NCBI GenBank assembly: GCA_963768655.1
Contig: CAVYIM010000006.1
Span: 192,001 to 256,000 of the forward strand
Origin: an uncultured Chloroflexia bacterium
GTDB lineage: Bacteria; Chloroflexota; Limnocylindria; Limnocylindrales; CSP1-4
DNA: 64,000 nt
Direction of reading: 5' to 3'
A program made the translations under genes and the position numbers. Under the pieces are notes generated by a model. It was not told the origin of the DNA. It made no database searches and saw nothing but the letters and a program-made list of their open reading frames with translations. Shown here in pieces: positions 42,985 through 53,465 of this stretch (positions within the stretch are counted from its first letter, which is position 1; the number at the start of each line of letters is the position of its first letter).

Positions 42985-43923
42985 CTACAGCCCGGCGACC
43001 TCTTCCATTTCGGCGGCGCTCAGGCGCCACTGGGCCGCGGCGACGTTGGCCTTCACCTGGTCGGGGGTGCTGGCGCTGGCGATGACCGAGCCGACGATCG
43101 GCTGGCTGAGCAGCCATCCGAACGCCAGGTCGAGCAGTGTGTGCTTGCGTTCGACCGCGAATTGCTCCAGCCGCTCGAGGCGCTGGAAGTTGGCGTCGGT
43201 CAGGATCTCGCCGGCGCGCGCGCTCTCGGCGAGCCGGCCCTTGACCTCTCCGGCCGGTCGGTACTTGCCCGTCAGGAAGCCGGATTCGAGCGGGAAGTAG
43301 GGAATCACGCCGAGCCCGAATCGATGGCAGGCCGGGATGACCTCGGCCTCGATTTCGCGGACCAGGAGGTTGTAGTGCATCTGGGCCGAGATCGGGCGTG
43401 AGAGGTGGTGGGTTCGGGCGGTCCAATCGGCGTCCGCCATTTGCCAGGCGGCGAAGTTGCTGTGCCCGATCCAGCGCACTTTGCCGGCTCGCACCAGGTC
43501 GTCCAGGGCGTGGAGCGTCTCTTCGATCGGGGTCTGCGGGTCCGGCACGTGGATCTGGTAGAGGTCGATGTAGTCGGTCCGGAGGCGGCGCAGGCTGGCC
43601 TCGACGGCGCGGACGATCCACCCACGCGAAGCGCCGCGCACGTAGACCGACTCGCCCATGGGGTGGCCGAACTTCGTCGCCAGGATGACGTTCTGGCGGC
43701 GGCCGGCGAGCAGCCGCCCGAGCTGGTTCTCCGAGGCGCCCAATCCCTCCTCGGAGCCGCGGCCGTAGATGTCGGCCGTGTCCATGAAGGTGACGCCCTG
43801 TTCGAGCGCTTCGTTCAGTACCGCTCGGGCCGCTTCGTCATGGAGCCGACCGGCGAAGTTGTTCGTTCCCAGGCCCACGCTCGAAACGAGCAGGCCCGAA
43901 TCGCCGAGCCGTCTGTACTCCAC
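42985..43923 (-). CDS. Aldo/keto reductase
   Basis: GLGTNNF, DTADIYG, ATKFG, SLRRLRTDYIDLYQIH. Confidence 0.95.
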   Translation of the reverse strand: MEYRRLGDSGLLVSSVGLGTNNFAGRLHDEAARAVLNEALEQGVTFMDTADIYGRGSEEGLGASENQLGRLLAGRRQNVILATKFGHPMGESVYVRGASRGWIVRAVEASLRRLRTDYIDLYQIHVPDPQTPIEETLHALDDLVRAGKVRWIGHSNFAAWQMADADWTARTHHLSRPISAQMHYNLLVREIEAEVIPACHRFGLGVIPYFPLESGFLTGKYRPAGEVKGRLAESARAGEILTDANFQRLERLEQFAVERKHTLLDLAFGWLLSQPIVGSVIASASTPDQVKANVAAAQWRLSAAEMEEVAGL

Positions 43924-44072
43924 AGCGCACCTCCGTCGGGATCGATCGGGAGCGGTTTACCGCCCGACGCTCAGCCTACTGCTAGCTCGATACCGGCGCA
44001 GGAGCCCGGAAGTGGCCATCGGCGGTCCACGCCTCCGGGCAGTCCGGCCGGACGGGGACCCGCCTCGATCCG

Positions 44073-44160
44073 TAGAATGTCCGGAACGAAAGCGCCGGCC
44101 TCCAGGCGCGGATCGGCCGGCAGGCCGATGGAGTGAGCGAGCGAAGGAGAGGCGGAGGCG
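44073..44160 (+). promoter_or_regulatory. guaB promoter and structured 5' leader (candidate cis-regulatory RNA)
   Basis: TAGAAT at 44073-44078; hairpins at 44092-44109 and 44112-44129; loop CTCC(A) is complementary to (T)GGAG at 44129-44133. Confidence 0.4.
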
Positions 44161-44162
44161 AG

Positions 44163-45329
44163 ATGGCGACAACGCAGATCGGACGGGCCGGCACCGACGA
44201 GGTAGCGGGGGCGGTCCTGAGTCAGCCGCTGCTGGGACTGACTTTCGACGACGTCCTGCTCATCCCGCAGTATTCGGAGATCCTCCCCGGCGACGCCAGC
44301 GTGAGAAGCCGATTCTCGCGCCACATCACGTTGAACACGCCGGTCGTGAGCGCCGCCATGGACACGGTCACCGAGGACGGGATGGCGATCGCCATGGCGA
44401 TCGAGGGCGGCATCGGCGTGGTCCACCGCAACCAGGCGCCGGAGCGCCAGGCCGAAGAGGTCGCGGCCGTCAAGGCGGCCGCGGTCCCGGCCGGCGCCAC
44501 GCTTGCCAGCGTGGATGCCCGCGGGCGGCTGCGCGTGGCGGCAGCCGTCGGCGTCGGCGCGGACTCCGTGGCGAGGGCCGAGGCGCTGGTCCGGGCCGGT
44601 GTCGACGCCCTGTGCGTGGACACGGCGCATGGGCACACCCGCAACGTGATCGACGCCCTGCACCGCTATCGCGCCTCTTTCGGCGACGCGGTCGACCTCG
44701 TGGCCGGGAACGTGGCCACGGCCGAGGGGACGGCCGCGCTCATCGAGGCGGGCGCGGACGGAGTGAAGGTGGGCATCGGGCCGGGAAGCATCTGCACCAC
44801 TCGGATCGTGGCCGGCGTCGGCGTCCCGCAGCTCACCGCGATCATGATGTGCGCCGCCGCGGCGCGCGAGGCCCGCGTGCCGATAATCGGCGACGGTGGC
44901 ATCCGCTACTCCGGCGACATCGTCAAGGCGCTGGCCGCGGGAGCGGATTCGGTCATGCTCGGCCGGCTCCTGGCCGTGGCAGAGGAGAGCCCCGGCGAGG
45001 CGGAGCGCGTCGGCGGGCGCGTCGTCAAGGAATATCGAGGCATGGGCTCGCTCGGCGCCATGTCGGCTGGCAGCGATCGCTATCCGCAGATCGACCGCCA
45101 CAAGCTCGTGCCGGAGGGGGTGGAGGCGCGCGTCTCGGTCGCCGGGCCGCTGGCCGGCATCCTGTACCAGCTCATCGGCGGCACCCGCGCCGGCATGACC
45201 TACTGCGGCGCCGAGTCGATCGCCGACCTGCGGGTCAAGGCGCGTTTCGTCCAGGTCACGCACTCCGGCCAGATCGAGAGCCACCCTCACGACATCGAGC
45301 TGGCTCGCTCCGCGCCAAACTACCCGTAG
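44163..45329 (+). CDS. guaB: IMP dehydrogenase lacking CBS domains
   Basis: [43 protein letters not shown]. Confidence 0.93.
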   Translation: MATTQIGRAGTDEVAGAVLSQPLLGLTFDDVLLIPQYSEILPGDASVRSRFSRHITLNTPVVSAAMDTVTEDGMAIAMAIEGGIGVVHRNQAPERQAEEVAAVKAAAVPAGATLASVDARGRLRVAAAVGVGADSVARAEALVRAGVDALCVDTAHGHTRNVIDALHRYRASFGDAVDLVAGNVATAEGTAALIEAGADGVKVGIGPGSICTTRIVAGVGVPQLTAIMMCAAAAREARVPIIGDGGIRYSGDIVKALAAGADSVMLGRLLAVAEESPGEAERVGGRVVKEYRGMGSLGAMSAGSDRYPQIDRHKLVPEGVEARVSVAGPLAGILYQLIGGTRAGMTYCGAESIADLRVKARFVQVTHSGQIESHPHDIELARSAPNYP

Positions 45330-45369
45330 GCGGGCGGCCGTCGCGGCCGCCGCCGCATAGAATCGCCCG

Positions 45370-47220
45370 GTGACCCCTGACCTCGAAGCGACGCTGAAAG
45401 GCCTGCCGGACCGGCCGGGCGTGTACCTGATGAAGGACGCGCGCGGCACGGTCATCTACGTCGGCAAAGCCCAGAGCCTGCGCAACCGCGTCCGCAGCTA
45501 CTGGCAGAAGCAGATCGGCGGCGGCGAGAGCCAGCTCATCCGCAGCGTCATCGACAGGATCGCCGACCTCGAATACACGATGACCGACTCGGTCAGCGAG
45601 GCGCTGCTGCTCGAGATCAACCTCGTCAAGCGCTACCGACCGCGCTACAACGTCCGGCTCAAGGACGACAAGAGCTACCCGTTCATCAAGATCACGCTTG
45701 CCGAGGATTTCCCGAGGGTCGAACGGACGCGCAAGCTGCCGGCCGACGGCAGCCGCTACTTCGGTCCGTACGCCTCGGCGAGCAGCGTCGACGAGGCGAT
45801 GAACCTCATCCGCCGGCTCTTCCCATTCCGAACCTGCACTCTGGACATACATGAGGGCCGTAAGGCGATCGAGCGACCCTGCCTGCTCTACCACATCAAG
45901 CGCTGCCAGGCGCCGTGCGTCGGCTACATATCCAGGGCCGACTATCGAGCCCAGATCGAGCAGATCGAGCTTTTCCTCGAAGGCCGCCAGGAGGCGGTGG
46001 CGCGCGAGCTCAGCAAGCAGATGCAGGCAGCTTCCGCGGCGACCGAATACGAGCGGGCGGCCGCCCTGCGCGACAAGGTCCGCGCCATTGAACGGACGAT
46101 GGAGAGCCAGAAGATGGCCGCCCACGCCGCGACCGAGGAGGATGCGCTGGGGCTGGCCCGCCAGGACACCCAGGCCGCGGTCCAGCTCTTCGCGGTTCGT
46201 GGCGGAAAGATGGTCGGGCGGGACGTGTTCCTGCTCGACGCCCCGCGCGAATCGGACGACGCCACGGTGCTGGCGGGCTTCGTGCAGCAGTACTACACGC
46301 GCGCCACCAGCGTCCCGCCGGTCGTGCTCGTGCCCGCTCTCCCCGACGACGCGGCGGATCTCGAGGGGATGCTCTCCGCACGACGGGGAGCGGCGGTCCA
46401 CCTCCACGTCCCGCGGCGCGGCGAGAAGAGAGAGCTCCTGGAGCTGGCCGCCCGCAACGCCGCGGAGACGCTGGCGCGCGAGCACGCCCGCTGGCTGGCC
46501 GACCAGGGCAAGACCCTGGCGGCGCTCGAGGAGCTGGCCGAGGCCTTGGACCTTCCGGCCGCGCCCCTGCGGATCGAGTGCTACGACATCAGCAACTTCC
46601 AGGGCGCTCAATCCGTTGGCAGCATGGTCGTCTTCGAGGACGGCCGGCCCCGCACCGGCGAGTACCGGCGCTTCCGCATCAAGACGGTCGCGGGCGCCAA
46701 CGACTTCGCCAGCCACCAGGAGGTCCTGCGGCGCCGCTTCGTGCGGGCGAAGGCGGGCGATGAAGGCAGCGAGGAGGAGCTGCGCTGGCGGCTCCCTGAC
46801 CTGGTCGTGATCGACGGCGGCAAGGGCCAGCTCTCCGCGGCGAAGGAAGTGCTCGACGACCTGGGCTACCACGATCTGGCGGTGGTCGGGCTGGCCAAGG
46901 AGCGCGAAGAGATCTTCCTGCCCGATCGAGACGGGCCGGTCTTGCTGCCGACCACGTCGCCGGCGCTGTACCTGATGCAGCGTTTGCGCGACGAGGCCCA
47001 CCGCTTCGCCATCACCTACCACCGCGCCTTGCGGGCGAAGGCCGCCACTCACTCCGCCTTCGATGACCTGCCGGGCGTGGGCCCAAAGCGCCGGGCCGCT
47101 CTGCTGCGGGTCTTCGGCTCGGCCAGGCGCGTGCGCGAAGCGCCGCTGGAGCAGATCGCCGCGGTGCCTGGAATAGGCGCTGCCCTCGCCGCGAAGATCA
47201 AGACCGGCCTGGAGGCGTAG
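45370..47220 (+). CDS. uvrC: Excinuclease ABC subunit C
   Basis: GIY-YIG (GVYLM..IYVGKA), UVR domain, ECYDIS, IDGGKGQ, RDEAHRFA and HhH. Confidence 0.98.
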   Translation: MTPDLEATLKGLPDRPGVYLMKDARGTVIYVGKAQSLRNRVRSYWQKQIGGGESQLIRSVIDRIADLEYTMTDSVSEALLLEINLVKRYRPRYNVRLKDDKSYPFIKITLAEDFPRVERTRKLPADGSRYFGPYASASSVDEAMNLIRRLFPFRTCTLDIHEGRKAIERPCLLYHIKRCQAPCVGYISRADYRAQIEQIELFLEGRQEAVARELSKQMQAASAATEYERAAALRDKVRAIERTMESQKMAAHAATEEDALGLARQDTQAAVQLFAVRGGKMVGRDVFLLDAPRESDDATVLAGFVQQYYTRATSVPPVVLVPALPDDAADLEGMLSARRGAAVHLHVPRRGEKRELLELAARNAAETLAREHARWLADQGKTLAALEELAEALDLPAAPLRIECYDISNFQGAQSVGSMVVFEDGRPRTGEYRRFRIKTVAGANDFASHQEVLRRRFVRAKAGDEGSEEELRWRLPDLVVIDGGKGQLSAAKEVLDDLGYHDLAVVGLAKEREEIFLPDRDGPVLLPTTSPALYLMQRLRDEAHRFAITYHRALRAKAATHSAFDDLPGVGPKRRAALLRVFGSARRVREAPLEQIAAVPGIGAALAAKIKTGLEA

Positions 47221-47305
47221 GGGCGCGACACCGAGACGCCGCGCCAGGCCCGTCGCACGCCGCCCGTCGCACGCCGCCGGGGCCGCCCTGCTATCATCCC
47301 GGCTC

Positions 47306-48745
47306 GTGCGAAGATTCGTTCCCATCCTGATCCTGATCCTTGGCGCGCTCGCCATCTACATCGACATCCCGGGCTCCCAGTTCGTGGTGCTCAGCAACGT
47401 CAACGGCGGGTTTACGCAGCCGCTGCACACCAAGCTGGGGCTCGACCTCAAGGGCGGATACTCGGTTACGTACCAGGCGCAGCCGGTGACCGACCCAACG
47501 ACCGGAGACGTCAGCTACCCGACCTCGGACGCGATGCAAACGATCCAGGGCATCATCGAGAACCGCGTCAACACCACCGGTACGCTCGAAGCGGTGGTGG
47601 AAACCCAGGGCACGGATCAGATCCTGGTGGAAGTGCCAGGTGCCGCCAACCCGCAGACCATCAGGAATCTGGTGGGCGCTTCTGGGTCGCTGAGCTTCAT
47701 CCCGCTCGATCCGACGATCTACGGTCACATGGACACGACCCAGAATCCGGCAACCTCGGTGCCCGGGACGTTGCCAGTCCCCGCCCTGGGCAGCGAATAC
47801 ACCAGCGCGATGGGCTCGCCCCTCTTCTCCGGCGATCAGGTCGATGGGCAGCAGGTCCGCGCCTATCTCGACACTAGCAAGACCCCGGCCCTCTGGACCG
47901 TCACTCTCGCGCTCAAGACCACGGCCGCCGCGACCTTCTCGACGTGGAGCAGCGCCAACGTCGGTGACTACTTCATGATCGTGATGGACGGCAAGATCGT
48001 GTCGACACCGTACATCCAGGAGGCGATCACCAGCGGCCAGGCGGAGATCAGCGGCAACTTCACGTCCGACACGGCGAACCAGCTGGCCACCGTTCTCAAG
48101 TACGGTGCCCTGCCTTTCCCGCTGAAGTTCCTGACCGACAAGGAAGTCCCGGCCACGCTGGGGCAGAGCTTCCTCAACGAGACGCTGCTCGCCGGCGCCA
48201 TCGGGATCGGGCTGGTCCTGCTCTTCATGCTCGTCTACTACCGCCTGCCCGGCGCGATCGCATGTATGGCCCTCGCCTACTACGCCCTTGCCGTGTACGC
48301 GATGTTCCGGATCATCCCCGTCACACTCACTCTCGCCGGAATCGCAGCTTTCGTGCTCTCGGTAGGAATGGCGGTCGACGCCAACATCCTGATCTTCGAG
48401 AGGACCAAGGAGGAGCTTCGGTCGGGCAAGACGCTGGTCTCGGCGATAGAAGCTGGGTTCAACCGGGCCTGGAACTCGATCTTCGACTCCAACGTTTCGA
48501 GCCTGATAACCGCGTCGATCCTGTACTTCCTGGGATCTGCCGAGATCAAGGGCTTCGCTCTTGTTCTGATCATCGGCGTAGCTACATCCTTGTTCACTGC
48601 CATCACCGTCTCACGCACGCTGCTCCGCGTGGTCGTCAAGCAGAGCTTCGCTGCCAGAGCCTGGCTGTTCGGCGTGTCAGACGAGGAGTTCCAGGCTCGG
48701 GCGCTGCCCGGTCGCTATCGCAGGGAGGCCCGCGGCCGTGTTTGA
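47306..48745 (+). CDS. secD: Protein translocase subunit SecD
   Basis: LGLDLKGG, LKYGALP, GMAVDANILIFER, DSNVSSLI. Confidence 0.96.
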   Translation: MRRFVPILILILGALAIYIDIPGSQFVVLSNVNGGFTQPLHTKLGLDLKGGYSVTYQAQPVTDPTTGDVSYPTSDAMQTIQGIIENRVNTTGTLEAVVETQGTDQILVEVPGAANPQTIRNLVGASGSLSFIPLDPTIYGHMDTTQNPATSVPGTLPVPALGSEYTSAMGSPLFSGDQVDGQQVRAYLDTSKTPALWTVTLALKTTAAATFSTWSSANVGDYFMIVMDGKIVSTPYIQEAITSGQAEISGNFTSDTANQLATVLKYGALPFPLKFLTDKEVPATLGQSFLNETLLAGAIGIGLVLLFMLVYYRLPGAIACMALAYYALAVYAMFRIIPVTLTLAGIAAFVLSVGMAVDANILIFERTKEELRSGKTLVSAIEAGFNRAWNSIFDSNVSSLITASILYFLGSAEIKGFALVLIIGVATSLFTAITVSRTLLRVVVKQSFAARAWLFGVSDEEFQARALPGRYRREARGRV

Positions 48746-50099
48746 CGTCATCGGGAAGCGGAACTGGTTCTTCCTCTTCTCGGGTCTGATCGTCGTCCCG
48801 GGATTCATCTTCATCCTGCTGACGCCGCTCACCAACGGCAAGGTCGGCCTCCAGTTCTCGGTCGACTACACCGGCGGCACCGAATGGCAGGTCCAGTTCA
48901 AGAACCCGAACGTAACCACCGATCAGGTCCGGGCCGTTTTCTTGCAGAACGGCGTCACCGACGCCTCGGTGTCGGAGGACACGGCCAACTACTTCACGGT
49001 CCTGACCAAGCGATACGACCTGTTCCCGCAGCCGACACTGCCTCCACCGACGCCCACGCCGGGCGCCTCCGCGTCGGCAAGTGCTTCTGCCACGGCGACG
49101 GCCTCGCCATCGCCGAGCCCCAGTCCGAGCCCGAGCCCGACTCCGGCGCCCACTGCGACGCCATCGGCCACGGCCGGCGCAAGCGTGTCACCGGGTGCCA
49201 GCGCGTCCGCGAGCGCCGCTGCCAGCGCGTCACCGAGCGCCGCTGCCGGCGCGTCACCGAGCCCAACCGCCAGCCCTTCGCCGAGCGCGACAGCGAGCCC
49301 TTCGGCTTCGCCTTCGGCATCGCCGAGCGCCAGCGCCTCCGCGTCCGCCTCGCCGACACCAACGCCGGCGCCCGTGCTGAACGGCACCGGCCAGAATGGC
49401 AAGCCTTGCGCATTGCAGCTCCCGACCGAGGGCATCCTCTCCAACATAATCGCCGACATCAACGCCGACCAGTCAACCTTCGGCGGCATCACCTGCACCG
49501 GTGAGGAAACGACGGTCGGACCGATCGTCAGCGCCCAGCTGATCCAGCAGACCGTCCTGCTGATCCTTCTCGGCTCTCTCGGAATCCTGATCTGGGTCGG
49601 CATTCGGTTCCACAGCATCAAGTTCGGCGCCACGGCGCTGGCCGCCCTGCTCCACGACGTGATCGTGGTGGTTGGCTCATTCGCGATCATGGGGACCATC
49701 TTCGGGGTCCAGATCGACTCGCTCTTCGTGACGGCGATGCTGACGGTCATCGGGTTCAGCGTTCACGACACGATCGTCGTGTACGACCGGATCCGCGAGA
49801 ACAAGGCTCGCCATGCCGGCGAGCCGTTCGACCAGATCGTCAACCACTCGATCCTGCAGACCTTCGGCCGGTCGATCAACACCAGCTTCACGGTCGTCCT
49901 GACTCTGTTCGCGCTGCTGTTCTTCGCCGGCGCTTCGGTCCACTACTTCGTGCTGGCGCTGCTGATCGGAATCATCTCCGGCACGTACTCGTCGATCTTC
50001 AATGCCAGTCCGCTGCTCGTGGTCTGGCAGTTGTGGGACGACCGTCGCCGGGCCGAGCAGCTTGCGCTGGCGCGCAGCTCGCGACGCGGCAACGGCTGA
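48738..50099 (+). CDS. secF: Protein translocase subunit SecF with S/P/A/T-rich insertion
   Basis: VDYTGGT, LLHDV, GFSVHDTIVVYDRIRE, RSINTS, GTYSSIF. Confidence 0.95.
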   Translation: MFDVIGKRNWFFLFSGLIVVPGFIFILLTPLTNGKVGLQFSVDYTGGTEWQVQFKNPNVTTDQVRAVFLQNGVTDASVSEDTANYFTVLTKRYDLFPQPTLPPPTPTPGASASASASATATASPSPSPSPSPSPTPAPTATPSATAGASVSPGASASASAAASASPSAAAGASPSPTASPSPSATASPSASPSASPSASASASASPTPTPAPVLNGTGQNGKPCALQLPTEGILSNIIADINADQSTFGGITCTGEETTVGPIVSAQLIQQTVLLILLGSLGILIWVGIRFHSIKFGATALAALLHDVIVVVGSFAIMGTIFGVQIDSLFVTAMLTVIGFSVHDTIVVYDRIRENKARHAGEPFDQIVNHSILQTFGRSINTSFTVVLTLFALLFFAGASVHYFVLALLIGIISGTYSSIFNASPLLVVWQLWDDRRRAEQLALARSSRRGNG

Positions 50100-50189
50100 T
50101 CGCGATTCTCTGGCGTCGGGCGGCGCCGCGGAGCCCCAGGTAAGCGCCGGATACGCGGGCGATGAGCCCGGCATGGCATCCTGAGCGGC

Positions 50190-52071
50190 ATGATCGAATC
50201 GCTCTACGAGTGGGTCGCGCCACCCGACGTTGCCGTGGCCGCGGAGTGCGTCGCGATCGGCGCCGCACGCGGCATCTCCGATCGAATGCTCCGGCTGCTG
50301 GCGGTGCGGGGCGTCGCCAGCCCCGACGAGTTGCGGCTCTTCCTCGCCGCTCCAGAGGAGGGGCTCCACGATCCGCGGCTGCTGCCCGACGCCGAGGCCG
50401 CTCTCTTGCGGGTGGCGGCGGCCCGGGCACGAGACGAGCGCGTCCTCGTATACGGCGACTTCGACGCCGACGGGCTGACCGGCCTGGCGATCCTGGTCAT
50501 CGCCCTCCGCCGCCTGGGCCTGGACGCCGCAGCTTACACGCCCGAGCGGCTCGGCGACGGTCACGGCCTGTCTCTGCGGGCCGTCGAGAGCGGCCGCGAA
50601 CGATAGGCGGACGCTCATAGTCACGGCCGACTGCGGGACGAGCAGCGGCGCGGAGATCGAGGCAGCGGCCCGGCGAGGCATCGACGTCCTGGTCACCGAT
50701 CACCATCACGCGGCCACGTGGCCGACGTCTGCGGTGGCGGTGGTCAACCCGCAGCGCGCCGACTGCGCCTACCCGGACCGCCGTCTGACCGGCGCAGGAG
50801 TCGCCTGGAAGTTCGCCCACCTCCTCCTGAACCCGCCCGGCGGCACCGGCCTGCCCGAGGCGGTTCGCGAGCTGACGGACCTGGCCATCATCGGTACGGT
50901 CGCCGACGTCGCGCCGATCGTGGGCGAGAATCGCTCGATCGCCCGGCTCGGTCTCGAGCAGCTCCGCCATACCGCTCGCCCGGGTCTGGTCGCCCTGCTG
51001 GCCCGGGCCGGGGTCGTGCCCGAGAAGATGGGTCTGGACGACATCGGGTTCGCCATCGCGCCGCGGCTGAACGCCGCCGGGAGGGTCGGGGAGGCGGCCC
51101 GTTCGGCTCGACTGCTGCTGGCCGAGGACAGCGCGGAGGCCGGCACGCTGGCCGACGAGATCGAGGCGGCCAACACCGGAGCGGCCGGGGTTGACGAAGA
51201 GCTACCTGGCGGAGGCCAGGCTGGCGCTGGGACTCGGTCTCGCCTCCGGCGAGGTCGCGGACCTCGGGGCCGACGCGAAACCGGGGCCGGCCGTGGAGCC
51301 CGCCGACCCGTCGAGCGGAAACGAGTCGAGTGGGTCGCTGCCGCCGGCATTGCTCGTCCGGGGCGAGTGGCCGGTCGGGCTCATCGGCCTGATCGCCGGC
51401 CGCCTGGCCGACGAGACGGACCGACCGGCGGTCGTGGCTCGCCAATCGATCCGGAAGCCGGCTTGCTGCGGGCGTCGTGCCGGGGGCCTCAGGGTTGGAA
51501 CCTGGCCGAGGCACTGATCGCCTGCGAGGACCTGCTGGTCCGCCACGGCGGCCATGCCGCCGCCGCCGGCTTCGACATCGAGACGGATCGCTGGCCCGAA
51601 TTCGAGCGCCAATTCCTGGGCCTGGCGGCCGGGGCGCCACGGCGGTCCGGACGCGCCGAGCTTCGCCTCGACGTCGTGCTGCCGGCGACCGACGTCGACT
51701 ACCGTCTCGTCCGGGAGCTCGAAATGCTGGAACCGACCGGCCCCGGCAATCCGGCGCCGACGCTGGGCCTCACCGGGCTGAAGGTCGTCAGAGCACGATC
51801 CGCGAGCGGAGGGCATACTCAACTGGTGCTGGGACGCGGCCGAGACGTACTCGATGCCGTCGCCTTTCGAAGGCCGGATCTGGCGTCGTCGCTGCGGGAG
51901 GGTGACCTAATAGACGTCGTCGCTCGAGCGGTAAGTCGCCGCTTCGGAGGTTTCGAGTCAATTCAGCTGGAGGTGCTCGACGTGGCATCCGAGGGCATGT
52001 CGGCGGCCGTGGCGTCGTCGCGCGCCGGCGCAGGCACCTCCGCGCCAGGTAGAGGGCCGATCCCCGCATGA
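50190..52071 (+). CDS. recJ: Single-stranded DNA exonuclease RecJ; three frameshifts (~50590, ~51179, ~51438)
   Basis: YGDFDADG, TADCG, TDHH, GTVADV, PRLNAAGR, GLIGLIAGRL (in a shifted frame), GGHAAAAG, EPTGPGNP. Confidence 0.88.
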
Positions 52072-53465
52072 CCGATCCGGCTACACCTGCCGAGCAGCTC
52101 CAACCTGCCGAGCAGCTCCAACCTGCCGAGCAGATCCAACCTGCCGAGCAGCTCCAACCTGCCGATCAGATCCAACCTGCCGGCAAGCCACGCTTGCGCA
52201 GAGCCTTCGCAGGCGGTCGCAGGCGCGCCGCTCCCGCGCTGTCGCTCGTCGGCCTGCTCGTCGTCGGGCTGCTCACGGCTCAGCTGTACATGAACTGGAC
52301 GCCGACGCTCTCCACCACTTCGGACGAGGCAACGCCCACTCCCACGCCCGTTCCCGTTCCCGTGGCCAGCGGGCAGACCCCGACGCCTGCCCCGACGGGC
52401 ACGCTCGTCACCAATCCCGCGATCGCCGTTCCCGGCATGCTGGTGTACGCGAAGTCTGGTGTCCTGTGGATCCAGAGCGGGACGACGGCTCGCCAGCTCA
52501 CCAATTCGGTGAATGGCTCGCAGGCGTCTCAGCCGGCCTTCTCCCCGGACGGCCAGTGGATCTACTACGTCGACTCTCGGATCACGACGGGGCGGTGGTA
52601 TGACCCCGACGGCGGCGGAGCGATCACCGGCTACTCCCTCACCTACCCGGTTCTGTGCCGCATTCATCCGGACGGCACCGGCCGGAAGGACGTTCTCAAC
52701 TCACTGATCAAACAGGGATCCCTGAAGACTTTCTTCTGGATCATGGAGCCTACGATCTCCCCCAACGGGTCCACCGCGGCCATCGCGTCCGACGGGCCGA
52801 CCGTCCCGACCGCCCAGGACGTGCTGATCCACTACGTCAACCTGAACACGGGCAAGCTCGGACCCGCGCTGCCGCTCCAGGACAACCCGCTTCTTGGCCT
52901 CTCGGATCCGGCGTTCTCGCCCGATGGTGGGTCGCTCGCCTACACGATGGAGGGCGTCACCCACAACTACGGCTCGCCCAGCATCTGGATCTACCGCGGC
53001 GGCGTGGCGCACGAGCTGGCCAGCGGTTACCGCGCCGCGTCCTGGTCGCCCGACGGCAAGTACATCGCCGCCACCAAGGTCGTCGGAAACACTCTCAACG
53101 TCGCCGTTCTGGACGCGACTTCGGGCAAGCAGATAGCCCAGGTGACGACCGACGACGCGTCGTGGGCTCCGGTCTGGTCGCCGGACGGCAACGAGCTGGT
53201 CTACATGCATCTCACCGGCGCGGTCGTGGACCTGAACATGGTCTATATCTCGGGAACCGCTGGTGACTTCACATTCAAGATCGAACCTCACCTGACGGAC
53301 TACTCGGGCCTGGACGGGCAGTCGACGGCGGCGTGGTACATCCCGGGCTATGGACCCGCACCGAGCCCGACCCCCAGCACTGTGCCGAGCGGGTCTGCCG
53401 CGGCCATTCCTTCCGCTTCCGGCTCGCCGTTTGCGCCGGCGGCTTCCGCAACGTCTCAGGGATGA
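52068..53465 (+). CDS. Membrane-anchored TolB-like (PD40) beta-propeller protein
   Basis: One TM helix, P/T linker, repeated P.[FW]SPDG motifs. Confidence 0.8.
   Translation: MTDPATPAEQLQPAEQLQPAEQIQPAEQLQPADQIQPAGKPRLRRAFAGGRRRAAPALSLVGLLVVGLLTAQLYMNWTPTLSTTSDEATPTPTPVPVPVASGQTPTPAPTGTLVTNPAIAVPGMLVYAKSGVLWIQSGTTARQLTNSVNGSQASQPAFSPDGQWIYYVDSRITTGRWYDPDGGGAITGYSLTYPVLCRIHPDGTGRKDVLNSLIKQGSLKTFFWIMEPTISPNGSTAAIASDGPTVPTAQDVLIHYVNLNTGKLGPALPLQDNPLLGLSDPAFSPDGGSLAYTMEGVTHNYGSPSIWIYRGGVAHELASGYRAASWSPDGKYIAATKVVGNTLNVAVLDATSGKQIAQVTTDDASWAPVWSPDGNELVYMHLTGAVVDLNMVYISGTAGDFTFKIEPHLTDYSGLDGQSTAAWYIPGYGPAPSPTPSTVPSGSAAAIPSASGSPFAPAASATSQG
52086..52182 (+). repeat. 5.4 x 18-bp coding tandem repeat (PAEQLQ)
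   Basis: CCTGCCGAGCAG[C/A]TCCAA repeated. Confidence 0.95.
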
